Positions 44,741-57,569 of a stretch of DNA of 64,000 nt are shown piece after piece. This stretch comes from Fimbriosthenelais zetlandica (lineage: Eukaryota), in contig OZ365118.1 in assembly GCA_977030845.1 (NCBI GenBank), positions 16,926,001 through 16,990,000 on the forward strand. Reading direction: 5' to 3'. Below the pieces are notes generated by a model. It was not told where the DNA came from. It made no database searches and saw only the letters and a list, made by a program, of their open reading frames with translations. Every line of letters starts with the position of its first letter. The first letter of the stretch is position 1. The position numbers were made by a program, and so were the translations under genes.

Positions 44741-47700
44741 TTCCTGGATATCGCCTCGCCGGAGCCGACCAGATCAGAGTACATGTTTATCCTTGCCATC
44801 AGCAGGCAGATTACTCATGATGGGACTATGAAGCGATGGGTGGCTGAGCGAAAGGAGACGCAGAGAGTATGATTTGCAACTGGGTTGGGTTGATAGGATG
44901 GAGTGTGTGTGTGTGGCAAGAAAGGGGTTTATCAGCCATAAATGGGAAAAGATGTCAGGAGGGAGAAAGAGGCACCGAGATAGGATGGGTTTGATGGGGT
45001 GGTCGGGGGGATGGGGGCTTAGGGAGGAATAAGGAGGAGGAAAATCGGGAAGTATTGAAGAGTGGGGAGAGAGAAGATATGTGATACGATCAGGCTGTAA
45101 TGGATAGAAGTCGATGGCGGGAGAACCCCCATATAATGTTCATCCTGCCTCTTCCTCTCCACTGAATCCCCCTTGTTTCTCATCCCCATTATGACTACTA
45201 GGGGGAAATCAGATTGGCTTTCATGGCAGGCCAATTATTGGCTTTATGCTTGTATTAAGTTTAATTATTGAGAAAATAACAATGTTCATGGAAGTGATGG
45301 TCTTTGTTCACCTCTTTTTCATAGTTTAATTAGATATTTCGAACTTTTCCAAAGAGCTCCTGGTCAAATTTGGCTTTGCATGTAGCAACCACCGGATCCC
45401 TGCCAGTAGATAACATTGATCAAAACTGGCAAATTGAAAATGGAAGGCATGCCTTAAGGATATGCTCCCTCAATTCCTAACTAATGAGGAGCCTGGTAGG
45501 GTTGCTGGGAGAGTTAGCCACCCGCACCGGAACCCAAGTCCACGCATGCGCAACAGGGCCCTGCTCATTAGAGGTGCCTCTGAAGTGGATACGTGGACTG
45601 TGGTGCCGACTTGCATGTCCACTCCGGGAGAACCCTTTCATCATGGGAAAGATTAAGAAAAAGAGGGAAAGGAAGAAAGAGATGGCTCTTTGCCAGGCTT
45701 AAAGCAAATGCATATTAAAAAGCATGGCGTATTATTTGACCACTTTGAAGTGGCTGCTGCAACATACGAGTTCATTGTACTTGCAATGGCAAATGTTACG
45801 GCTTGATTAAAAATATTGTCGCTATTGATAAGAGATTCCATACATAGAACCTTCTATTTCACTGTACATTAAGTTGACTTATATTTGGTAGGGTTTTAGT
45901 CATTTTGTGATATAGCTGTGATATATTTGTGATCTTGATATATCTGTAATCGTATTATTTCGTGAGAGATTGTGGAGATCTGTTTTCGGGAATGATAATG
46001 GTGTTGCTGACTAGCATATAACATGCCAGTCCCTATCACTGCTCCAAGCAACCAAATCACTGGTCCACGGATCCATTCCTTCAGGTTATGCAGCACCAGC
46101 GTGTACATTAAGCCATTCAGGTCACATTAATACAGCCTTTCCTCAATTAATTATCTTCATTAAGTGGGCTCTCATGCTGCCAAAGATGGTTAGGCTTTCA
46201 AAAAGGAGTTTTTAGGGGCACACTATTTACGCTGATGTTTTAAGTGGACACCATTCAATCAGGTGTTGGTTTATTATAATGTATCTGTTAGTCATATTGA
46301 GCACCCTGGCCCCTGTCTAGATCTATCCTGCTAACTGTACTGGTCAGTGGTTGGGCATATCTTGTCCAGAGTCGCATGGTGTTGCCATAAAGCGGCTGTA
46401 ACGCGCGACCAGGGATGGTCTATCTGACTAATGTTCGATCATGTGCCACCATACATCATTATACAGGGTGTCCAATCAGCAATCACTACCATGGCAGGCG
46501 CTTTAGGCGTCACCCTACTAAATCACATGTACCTGGCCCGTGGAATATGTATACATGGTATGCTAACCAGCGGTCATTAGTTGTACTTATTGACTGCTGA
46601 CTCAGTAGTGCTTTAAGCTTTGGAGCATTGTATTACATAAATGATTCTTGATGGAATCTTGGAACTATAATCTGGCAGGATTTAATGATTAAACTGTTTG
46701 CTTACTAACAGAAACACGCTCAGTACGGGGATGATATATTTGAGCTGGTTTTCTAATTGGTAATGCTTGTACAGGGTGTGTGCCCAGCGGTTGTTCAGGG
46801 CAAAGGTTTCCATGCATGTACCCAGACAGTGTGCTCTCACACTAGGATTACTGGGGTGAAAAATGGACATCGACCTGGCACGGCAACAAGTGTACAATCA
46901 TTCCTATTGCATTGATCAAGTGCTATCGATCGCTATTGTTACCCCGACCACACCGGTGCATTCAATCATGGCAACAGATGTAATCGTTCCCCATGGCTGC
47001 ACAAGAGTCAAACTTCACTGCCTTAATTGAGCAATTTTTTGTTAAATCAGACTCCATTTTGAAATGAATATTGATTGATTTCGCTGGTGAACCTTCCTAC
47101 TTTGATTAACTTAGCAAAGTAGACTGGCCTGAGGACATGTTGCTTTAAGTATATGAGATTATATTATGCATGAGAATTACCCCCTAGACTCCCGGTAGGT
47201 AGGAAGAATGGTAAAATAATAAAACAAAGAATTGAAAAGCACCTACAATGATTTATGATATAGAGGCAGACTGGTGAATAGATTGCCTATTATACTTATT
47301 GAACAAATACATTCTGAGTGGGCGTTTGCACAGCAAATAAAGAGCCATAACCAGCTCATATTTATATCCTTATTATCCCTTTTAGTGATACATAAGTTAT
47401 TAAGTGGATGAAATGCTTGAGACAATAAAAAGGTGTTAGTGTTATGGCGGAAAGATAAACATTAAGACTCCTGTCTCTTTAATATTAACTTCAATGAATG
47501 TGTAAGGCTTGTAGTTAAGTATGAAAGAAATATTCCCAATTTGGAACTCATGAATAACTTGAAGAAGTTCTCAGACTTCCAGACTTGCGGGTGAGAGCCT
47601 GGTGTAATTCCTCTCACAGTTGCCTTTTACTGATAAACTTCAGCTCCCATTTCACTCCACCACTAACCCTTTTGAAAAGGCTAAAATGTTAGAAGGTACA

Positions 47701-48397
47701 AGGTCAATGAATAATGGAGGAAGCATGAGAGAGCCTGGGAGATGCTACCTTCTATGTTTCACTGGCTGTGAGAACTATTCAGGTGTAGTCGCATGAGAGC
47801 TCGTGAACCAATAGTTTACGTCCCATGTGGAAGGCTGGGGGATGTGGACAAGTGGCGTGTGACAATTGGCAGCCATCTTTTGTGGGTTAGAATGGAGGAG
47901 CGGTGTGGAGAAGGGCGTTCAAACATTAACGACGCCACGTCGTTTCTCCTCACAGTCCAAACAGTGGAGACACTCAGTGGCGTACTTGACATAAGCCATT
48001 AGGCTGCGTTTCTATTGCGGAGGCTCTGGCGTCAGGGTTGGGCAAATAAGGAGGCAGAGACATCCGTGGCGTTATGGCTGGTGACACGGTGACCGGGCGT
48101 TATTAACGTTATTGCGCTTGTCACTAGAGGTCTCTGCCACCAACACCTTACACATCTCCCGATCCACTTCCTCCAAAATATTGCTTCATTTAGTGGTGAC
48201 CTCGGAAGACGTTATAACTTGACTCTGGGGAAATTACAGCTTGACCAGGCGAGGTGTTACTTAGTCTCCTAAATAACATGGGCTTTATGGCTGCAAATAG
48301 TTTTTAGCACCAAGTTCACTATTTGATGCAAAATGTATGATGCAGGAGGGAAGTCTTTTGGTCAAAATCATCAGGCGTATCTTAATTTGAAAATGTA

Positions 48398-48454
48398 AGA
48401 GATCTTTTCAAATGCAGAGATCATTTCAAATGCAGAGATCATTTCAAATGCAGA
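48398..48454. repeat. 18-bp tandem repeat x about 3.2 (AGAGATCATTTCAAATGC)
   Basis: Read directly. Confidence 0.9.
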
Positions 48455-51400
48455 AAACTTTCATTCCAAGGTATTTTTGTTGCCATAGGATGGGCAGCTG
48501 GAAAATAGCGAGAGGACTTTTTGCCTTGTCCAGTATATATAACTTACCTGATAAGCTGCAGTAAGGCAGTGTTGACTAGTGGGTTTGTCACCTAGTAATG
48601 GGACCTCCCTCTCTAGGACATACTCAATGAGAACACAAGCAATCCCACTAGGCTCCATCCCACATGTACGGGGACCTGAATTCACTCAATTCTCCAAGGC
48701 CGGCGTATCCCACACTGACAAGCGTCAGAGCCGAGGTGAGACTCCCGTCTGATTGCTGTCAATTAGTAAGAGCAAACATTCGCCAGCGATTCTTGCACAT
48801 CCCACAAATATCTATCTCTGCTACTGCATTATTGCCACAGAGCTACTATCGCTGGGCAATCAAAGAAGATAGTGTAATGTCAGCCATGGCTGCTTGTATT
48901 ATGTCTCTCTTGTGTTTTCATCAGCCTCCTCCGTATATGTATAAAAGCCTGGAGTACAGACTCCAGTGCTGAGCTTCCTTGCTCCAGTCTTCCCGACCCA
49001 GCTGTCTGTTTTACGTTAGAGCTAAGCCAACACACAACACATGTATGCCTCAAGTAGCAATTGAGACTAGATTGCCTCATCACACTATGGATGGCTCTTG
49101 GGTGTACATCAAAACAGAATCCAGTTTGTCTCCACTAATCCTGAATTGTAGCCCCAACTGATGCAATATAAGGGACTTTTCAAACGCTGCTGGCTGCAGG
49201 CAATTTCAGTTTTGTGGGTGTGTGAAGACCAGATGGATAAAAGGGGAATTGGATTGCAAACAAGAAGGGATGTTGCCAATTGGATAGATCATTAATACAA
49301 ATGTAGCTGCAGGCCATTTGGAAATGGAGTGTAATGGGTACGTATGTGACGAAACTACAATGTCCTATAGCGGAAGTGATTCAAAGCTTGTAAACTTTTA
49401 TTTGATTAATGTAGGACTGCTGACTGAGCTGCAGAACTGAAACCTACTTCTGTGCTCTTTATGTCAATTAGGCTTTATGTGTGGGAATATTCAATGTACT
49501 AAGTGAGATCCCTCTGAACCTACATGATTTATCATCAAATGTTTTTGGTTCCACACTAGCCCATTCCCCCTTGCCGCATTGATTGGCAAGACATCCATTT
49601 ACTTGCTAAGTATGTAATTCAGAGAAACAGGGCCAGAAGTGAAGCAGATTAAACGTGATTCCTTGGCTTTAAAGGTGCCCTTCTCGATGGCAAATCCATG
49701 TCAGCTCTTGGTCGCGTGGCACCAGAGCGGACACTCGTCCCCTCCCAAACCACATTACCAGGACGCCACTCACAATTGATCTCTAATAACATTTGCTCTG
49801 CTGAGGATTATCCCATGAATGGAAGACACAGCCAAGTGTAAGTTATGGTCTGTGAATCATGCATTGAATAATCTTCAGGAAGCGATTTTTTTCTGTCAGA
49901 AGGAATGCAGCAGGAATAGAAACCATTAGTGTGAGAGATTCTCAGGCTGTTTTCTTTGAAGGAAGTTCAACATGAGTGATGGCGACCGGGTGGTGCACTC
50001 TTAAACCTGTACATGTCAAATGCAGAGAATAAAGGCTTGTTAGGTTTGTTTCCAGTGGGAAGTCCCGCTACTAATGGTCCCCAGTGCTTGTATCCTGAAG
50101 CTGGAATTTGGTTCATTTAAGGGTAGAAAGTGGCAAACATTTGTTGAACCTTCAGCCTATTTAGCTGAGCTTATGAAACATGCATGGCCAAAAGAAGGTA
50201 CCAATTGCTTTCACCGGTAGTAATGGGATACCTTAGACAGGCCAGGGCTGGGAGGGAGCATTAATGGATTTCTAGGACATAGCTTTCTCTATCCCTGCCC
50301 ATCCTTAGCCTGAGAGTTACAGTGCTAGTTTTCCACCAGCCTCTTAACATTTCCTTTATTGGGGATGTCGTTCTGTTTTTCTGTAGTTAAATAATCGCAT
50401 GAAAGAAGAGCAAAAGTGGGTTTTGTATACGTTCAGCATTGCTTAACACTTGATAAGATTTGGGTTGATAAGGCAGAACAATCGGAATTATCTCATAAAG
50501 CAGGCCACTCAGAGTCTCTTGCCAACTTGGCATTAACCTTTGGGCAAGTACGTTTATTAAAATAAAAAGGAGGCTTCAAAGAAAAACAGACTGCAGGCCA
50601 AATCAAGCACTTAAGCCTTAATGAAATAATGTCATGGCTTTGCCATTTTTCATCCTCTGGAAAATGGCTTCATTGCTTGAGCTCAGATTGCATTGAGTAA
50701 CATACTTCTGGGAAAAGGACTAATAAGAGCCAAATGAATGTTGGAACCGAACACCATTAGAATGGCTGTGATGCGGAATATGCAAACAATCTATATCAAG
50801 GCTAGACAGCAATAATACAACCGGATGCTATTTTCAAGAATTGGTTCTTTTGTCATCCCATATATTTTTATTGCATTCTCTTGTCGCTAACTGGACCAAA
50901 TATTGGCTGGATGTGTTGTACTAAAGCTACCTATGGGGCCTCTTTTGGTGACAGTCTTCTCCAAACTGGAAATGACTTGGCTGCCATTAAACAGAACTAA
51001 TGAAGCTCAGTGGATCTTCCTTGATTATTTGTATCTCCAATCGCATTTCCATCTGGCCCCTCTGAGTCCGATAGTACATGTACAAAGGTACTTAAAGGTA
51101 CTAAATGAACAATAAAGGACGTTCACTGGCCTTGGATAAGGCTTTAGAGACTGCGTGGGTCAGTTTCATTTCTTGTCTTTTATGAGTTCTGAGACTTATT
51201 TAAGCCCATGTGGCTTTGGGAGTCCACCCGATGAAGTGAATGGAAAATAAATTGCGCCTAAAATAATGGTGAAACTGTCAGGACACGGCTTAAAATACTC
51301 TCTTTTGCTCCATGTCCTGATAACCTTGGCCCATCTGGCTGTGACAATATTGCCCAGATATCCTTATTGCCAATATTTCTGGTGGACGTCCTTGAAACTG

Positions 51401-54302
51401 ATACTAGTGTCATCAGGGGTGGCTACACAATCTGATAGCATTACATAACATCCATTACACGGCAGCTTTGATTTGCTTTCACCACCAATTTACTGCTTGT
51501 TCCGATTGGCAAATGTTTGTAAGCCACGATGCGGCAATACCTTCATCCCAGCCGCGTACAGACGTCTAATTGATGTTTACACCGCCATACAAATGGCAGG
51601 TCACATACCGTTAATAATCATCTGCGAAAAGATGATCATTCTTTTGTTTATTGGATGTGCTGAGTAACTAGAAGTGAAACACAAAGAGAAGACGGATTGA
51701 TGTCAGTTAAATCAGTCTCAGTCTGAACGACAAAAATTGCCAATCGGGGACGATGGCTGCATACAAATCCATCACCCAGCGATAGAATCCCCCTGTATGC
51801 AAGGAAAACACTCCCTTATTGACCCAGTGAAAAGCTTAGCTCTGTCAAAGCATCACAGATCTCATAGATAGCGAAGCATACATTGTCAATAACATAATTA
51901 GTCAGCAAATCATACCCGAAAACTTAAAAACATTGTGTCTTTTCAATTGAGTGGAGGTGGATAATGGCATGTAGTGTTTGCATCTCTATCCACCATTAAA
52001 CCCTGAGACTGACAATGAGGAGATTAGAGATATTGTAAGGCAAACCCGTGTAGGATGTGAGCCTGGGCCAAGATCTAGATCTCATTGTAAATTCATGTCG
52101 CGATTGTTTATTTTTGTGCACCGCTGGCACGCGTATGTGGTGGGTCTTCTGAGGCTTCATGTTTGATGCAAAACGAGGGGGAGCGGGGAGGGGATCATGC
52201 AAGTCCTTCAATTGTATTGCTCATTATGTTACGCATTTTGAGCTGCTCTTCTTCAGTGGACTTAACCACAGTAACATCGGACCTCATCTAGATATGCGGG
52301 GTTTGGTGTGGTGAGTTATGGTTGAATTATCAACCTGCTCTGAGATGGATGGGCTTATTTCAACATCCTGCCTGGGGAAAAATATGAGGAAGGTGCCTTG
52401 TCCTTGGTGAAGGCTCTCTTCAAAGGGCGCCAATATCCATTTATATACAGATAAACAAGCCCATGTATTAGGGTGGACTGATCTGTCATTTAATCTTATT
52501 TCAAATTATGCACATCCTTATATTCATATATGGACGATTAATAAATTATGGAGACCTTTGTTCAACATGAATTTTTGTCCCATCATTCATTTAATAATCC
52601 ATTGTATTTGCATCATAATGTCTGTACCATGTAGTCGAAATTTTACATGTGAGATATGTCAAAAAGGATAGGGAGAGGAATTATGGCCACATTGATTTTA
52701 TCTAATTTCTTTCACATGAAGTGCCGTACAAATGAACAATGTGATACCTAGGGGAAGAAAGCACTGAAAGGCTGCATAATCTACTGTCATCCCAATATAT
52801 ATCATATAAACATCTGAGTGTTCTGATAAACATTTATGTAACCCGAGGGAATGATATTTCAAATATGATCTGATAAATATTTGATAAGCCAGCGAGTTGG
52901 ACAAACGACTCAAGATGGGCGAGGTGAGATCCTTGGATTCCAGACCCATACATATTCAGCAAGTTTTTCTTGGTCTGTCCTGGTTCCAATTCATCCGTTA
53001 CATTTCCTCTGGCCATGCCATCCAGCACATGCAATATTACCAGGAATGTTTCTGTTTGGACCACCTTTGATTTGAAGATAGTGCGTAATGTTCACAAAAT
53101 ACATTAAACTGTCATGTAGCAATTGATACTCAGAATTTTCACTCACATAACTTGGGATAAAAACCTATAATGCGCAATGTCACTTAAAAGCGTGGAAGGC
53201 ACTCTAAAGACATGCAAAATTGCTTCAGGCATTCTCCCGAGTACCAACATGCTTTTACACACACATTCTCTGACATCACACATGAATTGTTCAATAGAAA
53301 ATAAGAGGTTTGCTACAGACAACTGAGATACTGCTCTTCATGTTTTATGTCTTATTCACATTGTATTGACATTATGACTGCCGGTATTCTTACTGTCTCT
53401 TCTTATTACTGTTTCAAAAAGCATGATACGTGGCACATATTTTCACAGCAGTAGCACATGTATGATTTAGCGGTCCTGGTTCTGAGAGGGCGACCAGGTC
53501 GTCAATACAAATAATCCCTTGTTTGGGCCTATGATTGATAGGAAGCTATTGGGATGATCGATTCGCCCCACGCTGTATCACAATGCTGCAAGTGGCTTCC
53601 TAGAAAATTCCTGGCCCGGCTGAAAAAAAATGGCCAGATTCTTGGTGGTGATCCATTCTGTAGGGTAATAATAAGGGCCTCCTGCCAATGACCTCCACTG
53701 AGGATGAAAGAGGCGATTGAATGAGGTAGAAGTACTCCATCATCCGTTTATATAAAATCTGGACTTGTTCTGAACTTCTGATCATTAAGTTGTCTTAGTC
53801 GTGGATCAGAAAATGTTGCCAAAGTCCGACGGAGAAAGACTTATTAGCACATTTACAAGTTATGTATGCAGTGTTGTATAGGACTCTTTGCTCCTCATAA
53901 AGTCATCTGCTGTGTTTAGTAAGATAGCCCATCATCACATAACATTAAACCCAGTCTTCCATAATCCTCTATCCATGCCATCACTATCTCCCATTTAAAC
54001 AATCAAAATTCATCACCTGCGCTTTTTGTCCTTTTTCAGCCAGCTTTAAATGACTCTAGATTGGTTCAGAGAAAAAGCAGTGTGAGGGAATATCAGCATG
54101 CGGATTGAGTAAAAAGGTGCGAAGCACCGAAGGAAATATGGCAGTGATTGCCGTTCCTGCTGCTTCCCAATGAAAAAATGATGTGCAGTAGATCAGTGGT
54201 GGACAAAAACGACATTAAGTTTTTTCACAGGGTAAATGATATCAAAGGCACGTGAGCTGCCTGCAGATGCACTGCGGTCCTTCCCGCGTCAAGCACCCTC
54301 AA

Positions 54303-54372
54303 CATGACGTCATGGTCTTCACGTTGCCATGGTGACTGGACGCCATGACGTCGTCGTTACAGGTGTGACGCA
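54303..54372. promoter_or_regulatory. CRE plus RFX X-box cluster
   Basis: CATGACGTCATG at 54303-54314, GTTGCCATGGTGAC at 54323-54336 and further TGACG half-sites at about 54346 and 54366. Confidence 0.4.
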
Positions 54373-57257
54373 TGGGCACAAAATGGAAAGTCAGTTTGTC
54401 ACTTTTTTCTGGGAATTCTTGTTTTTGAGAACTTTCCCGAGATTGAATCAATCTCGGTGGGCAGTCATTCTGCCTTGGGTTGGTTTGCTATTGGAGTCCT
54501 TAACTGGATCCCCAGGCTGGGAAGTGAAGGATCCTCACATAGCTTGTACCAAACTTGGCTGGCTCAACTTTGTCCAGCTCTGTTTCTATAAATCCCCCCA
54601 TGCAGCGATTCATTGCTACAGATTCAAACAGCCTAATATAGCCCAGGCTGAGCTCTGGTGTTTCTCAGCAAGAGACAAGACACAGATCTACAATGCAAGG
54701 GTTAGAGATCATCAACAACTGATGCTCTTCATGCTAGATCTGGATGAAGCTGCACTGCAAGCCACATCCCCTCTATGTGAACAAGCCCCTCCCTCCTTTA
54801 TCCCCGAAAAAAAACCTGACATCCAGAACACACGCCTGTTTGGACCAAGATAAACCAGAACCAAAATGTTCTATTGTTGAAGATACCTCCTGCTGCTGCA
54901 CCATGAAGATGGATTGGAATTGAAGCCTGTTCCATCCATTGAGAATTATACCTTTACATGGAATAGATTTCAACAGAGCAATGAGTTAGCTGGGAGCGGA
55001 GGCTCATCTTTGCCTAGTTGAGTGTTTTCCACTTCAGCAGATGTGTAAGAACTGATGTGTCTGTAAGAAATGGCCCTTGTAATGTGTCTGGGGGAAGTTA
55101 GCGAGCATCAACAATATGCTTCTGCCTTTGCCGGAGCTCTGTGCAGGACCGAGTCTATCCTCCGCCGAATAATGTGTTCTTAAGTGTGTAACGAGCGCTA
55201 CAAATGCACCACCTACTCTGACCGGAAACACTATGTGAAGGGTGTTTCCGGAAGGGATACACAGTACTTGTGTTCCCAATAAAGCCACTGCAAGACCTCT
55301 CCATTAACCTGTATGTTAGGGAGGAAGGGGACAAACAACTGGAAGGTAGCTTAGAGATGGATGGCAGCTTTAGCAACTTGGCGGATCCTAAATAGACCAA
55401 GCATTAATCAGCTTGCGCATTGCACTTCGTCTCTGTTGTAAAAGAGACACAGTAAAAATGGGCGGTGATATGTGGTGGTGGAGGGAGGTGTGTGGTGGAC
55501 GGGGGGAGGGAATGAAAACGCTGGCTTATGATTGATAACAACAACAAATGGGCCCAACTGGAATGGAATCTGCTGGCTTAGCATATATGCAGAGGCTATA
55601 CATCAGAAATGGCAATCAATATGATATCGCAAAGTGCATGCTGTGAAGAAATGAGACTCCATTCGTGTGCCATCTTCTCTTTCAGCGACCTGGTGTGTTT
55701 TGTTCCCAGTACATGAGCTGACGAGAGAACACATAGCACACTTATGGCGTTTGAAGAATGATGTCATGTATTATGTGCTGAGGACAATAGGCAGCTCCTT
55801 GGAACATGAGAAATATCTTTGCTGGCCCTATTAGTACTGTCATATACGGTGAAGGGCAATGTAACAGGAGGAGGGAAGTATCATAACACAGCAGGGGGGT
55901 ATCGTATTCACCTCCTGCAGTCCTTACACGGAAGAAATTCATTGTGTAAGGTGGCTTCATTGTTTCTCCTCCCTTCCTGACCCTTCCATGTATAACGTGG
56001 ACACATTACCAATATGCCATGACGAGCATAGCCGGCCATATATGGGAGGAGACAGGTGTAGAGTGTTAAACGCACCGCGGGCACTGACGGCGGTCCCTGT
56101 CGGTCGGGGAGGTGATCGCCTGTCCACCATAGGGCCACATGGGAAGAGGCTGCTGCCCCCTCACAGCTGCTAAACTCGATAGCCACACAACAACGTCGTT
56201 CATCATTGGGCAGGGACCATCATGTGTCACCATCATACAATAGATGCCGGTGGTGGGGCTGGTGTAAAACGATCGTACGCCCATACCTCAGGTCACACCA
56301 TACTTCACAACACCGGCCACTTTCCATGCTCCACTGTGATATACTACTTATACTTTTCTCCCAAGCTTCTATTTTGCTTGGCTGAAATGACCGTGGCACC
56401 TGAATCCCGCGGTTGAGTGTGTGATGTAGGTCTATAGGTTCTGGCATGGCGCTTGTCCCAGTTTACCAGACCTCATTGGCTGGCTTTGGCCGTTTTTTGC
56501 ATTTGTTTATGTCCTTCATTTTTCCCTCGCACGTTTATTCCTCTAACTCCTTCCAAAGCGCCCCCTTGAGAGTGATAGATGGGTCGACTATGACACGCCG
56601 AGGTTCAGCTTTATATTCACAAAGCCTCTTACATTTCTACTTTAATTAAAAATCCTATTAGAAGGTTATGTTTAATTCACTTGATGATATACCTGCCAAT
56701 GCTCCTGGTCCCAGCAACAGGCTTCAAGAGCCTGTACCACTTGACAAGGTTCATTTGGCAACCTATGACGCCAAAGGGATTGCATTTCATTTTTTCATGG
56801 CCATGTATACAGATGATTCCCATTCGTTTGGCTGCTTGATGGGCTTCATTTACGTCTGAAAGGCTGGCACAGTTGGCTGAAAGTGTACGTTTTATTGGCC
56901 ACATCTGGTGCTTCAGATGAATCACATTCAACAGGACATATAGCCATGTGAAGAAGTATGGCCTGTGGTGTCATATTACCTACATGACCATTACAGCTAA
57001 TGGTAAGTCTTTGTGACAGTCAATTCTTGTTGACCTACTATCACTAATATTGAAATGGCATTATATATCATTCCTTTACCCAACTATGTTTGAAAGGACT
57101 TGATGAATTGTGAATTCTTCCCTCGCACATGTCCGTGACCTGAAAAGGTCTTGAAGGCTTTAAAATTTGTGACTGGACAAATTATGTGATTGCATGCTGC
57201 CACAAGCTGCTTATTGGCCGACTACTTAGTCGATAGGCTTACCAGATCACTTTTATT

Positions 57258-57569
57258 ATGTTGCAAGTGATAAGTGAACATCTTGCCAACACAGCCTTAT
57301 TTTTGGACACAGGTATTTTCGCCATGATTGTTATGAAAGTAAAAGATGGATTACTTACTACAAGATGGACCCACATCTTTTTAGGGGATAATCCAATGCT
57401 CACCTCCAAGCAGTTACTGAAGAAACAAAAGATGTCCATGACAATGGCTGATACGATTCTTGTGAGATTTGACACTGCCTCATTGTTTCCTAATTTATTG
57501 GACTGGAACATGATGCAAAAGATACAGGGAGGTCGCCATCCTCTCAAATTCAATCACCGTTTGGGATGA
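57258..57569 (+). pseudogene. Possible decayed Penelope-like reverse transcriptase fragment
   Basis: TSKQLLKK...DTILVRFDTASLFPNL resembles the Penelope-like RT motif (ilvsfDvxsLftni). No YxDD motif was found nearby. Confidence 0.25.

Noticed and set aside
48541-48552. ACTTACCTG resembling the U1 snRNA 5' end
   Set aside because: No further U1 sequence follows. It is a consensus minus-strand donor (CAG|GTAAGT), possibly of an unverified non-coding exon.
52698-52949. YIGMT resembling a GIY-YIG nuclease motif
   Set aside because: Lacks the upstream GxY half and the downstream R/EH residues.
54329-54853. 174-aa plus-strand ORF starting at the X-box ATG
   Set aside because: No recognisable domain, and the length is near what chance can give in six frames of 64 kb. 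Expression data would be needed.
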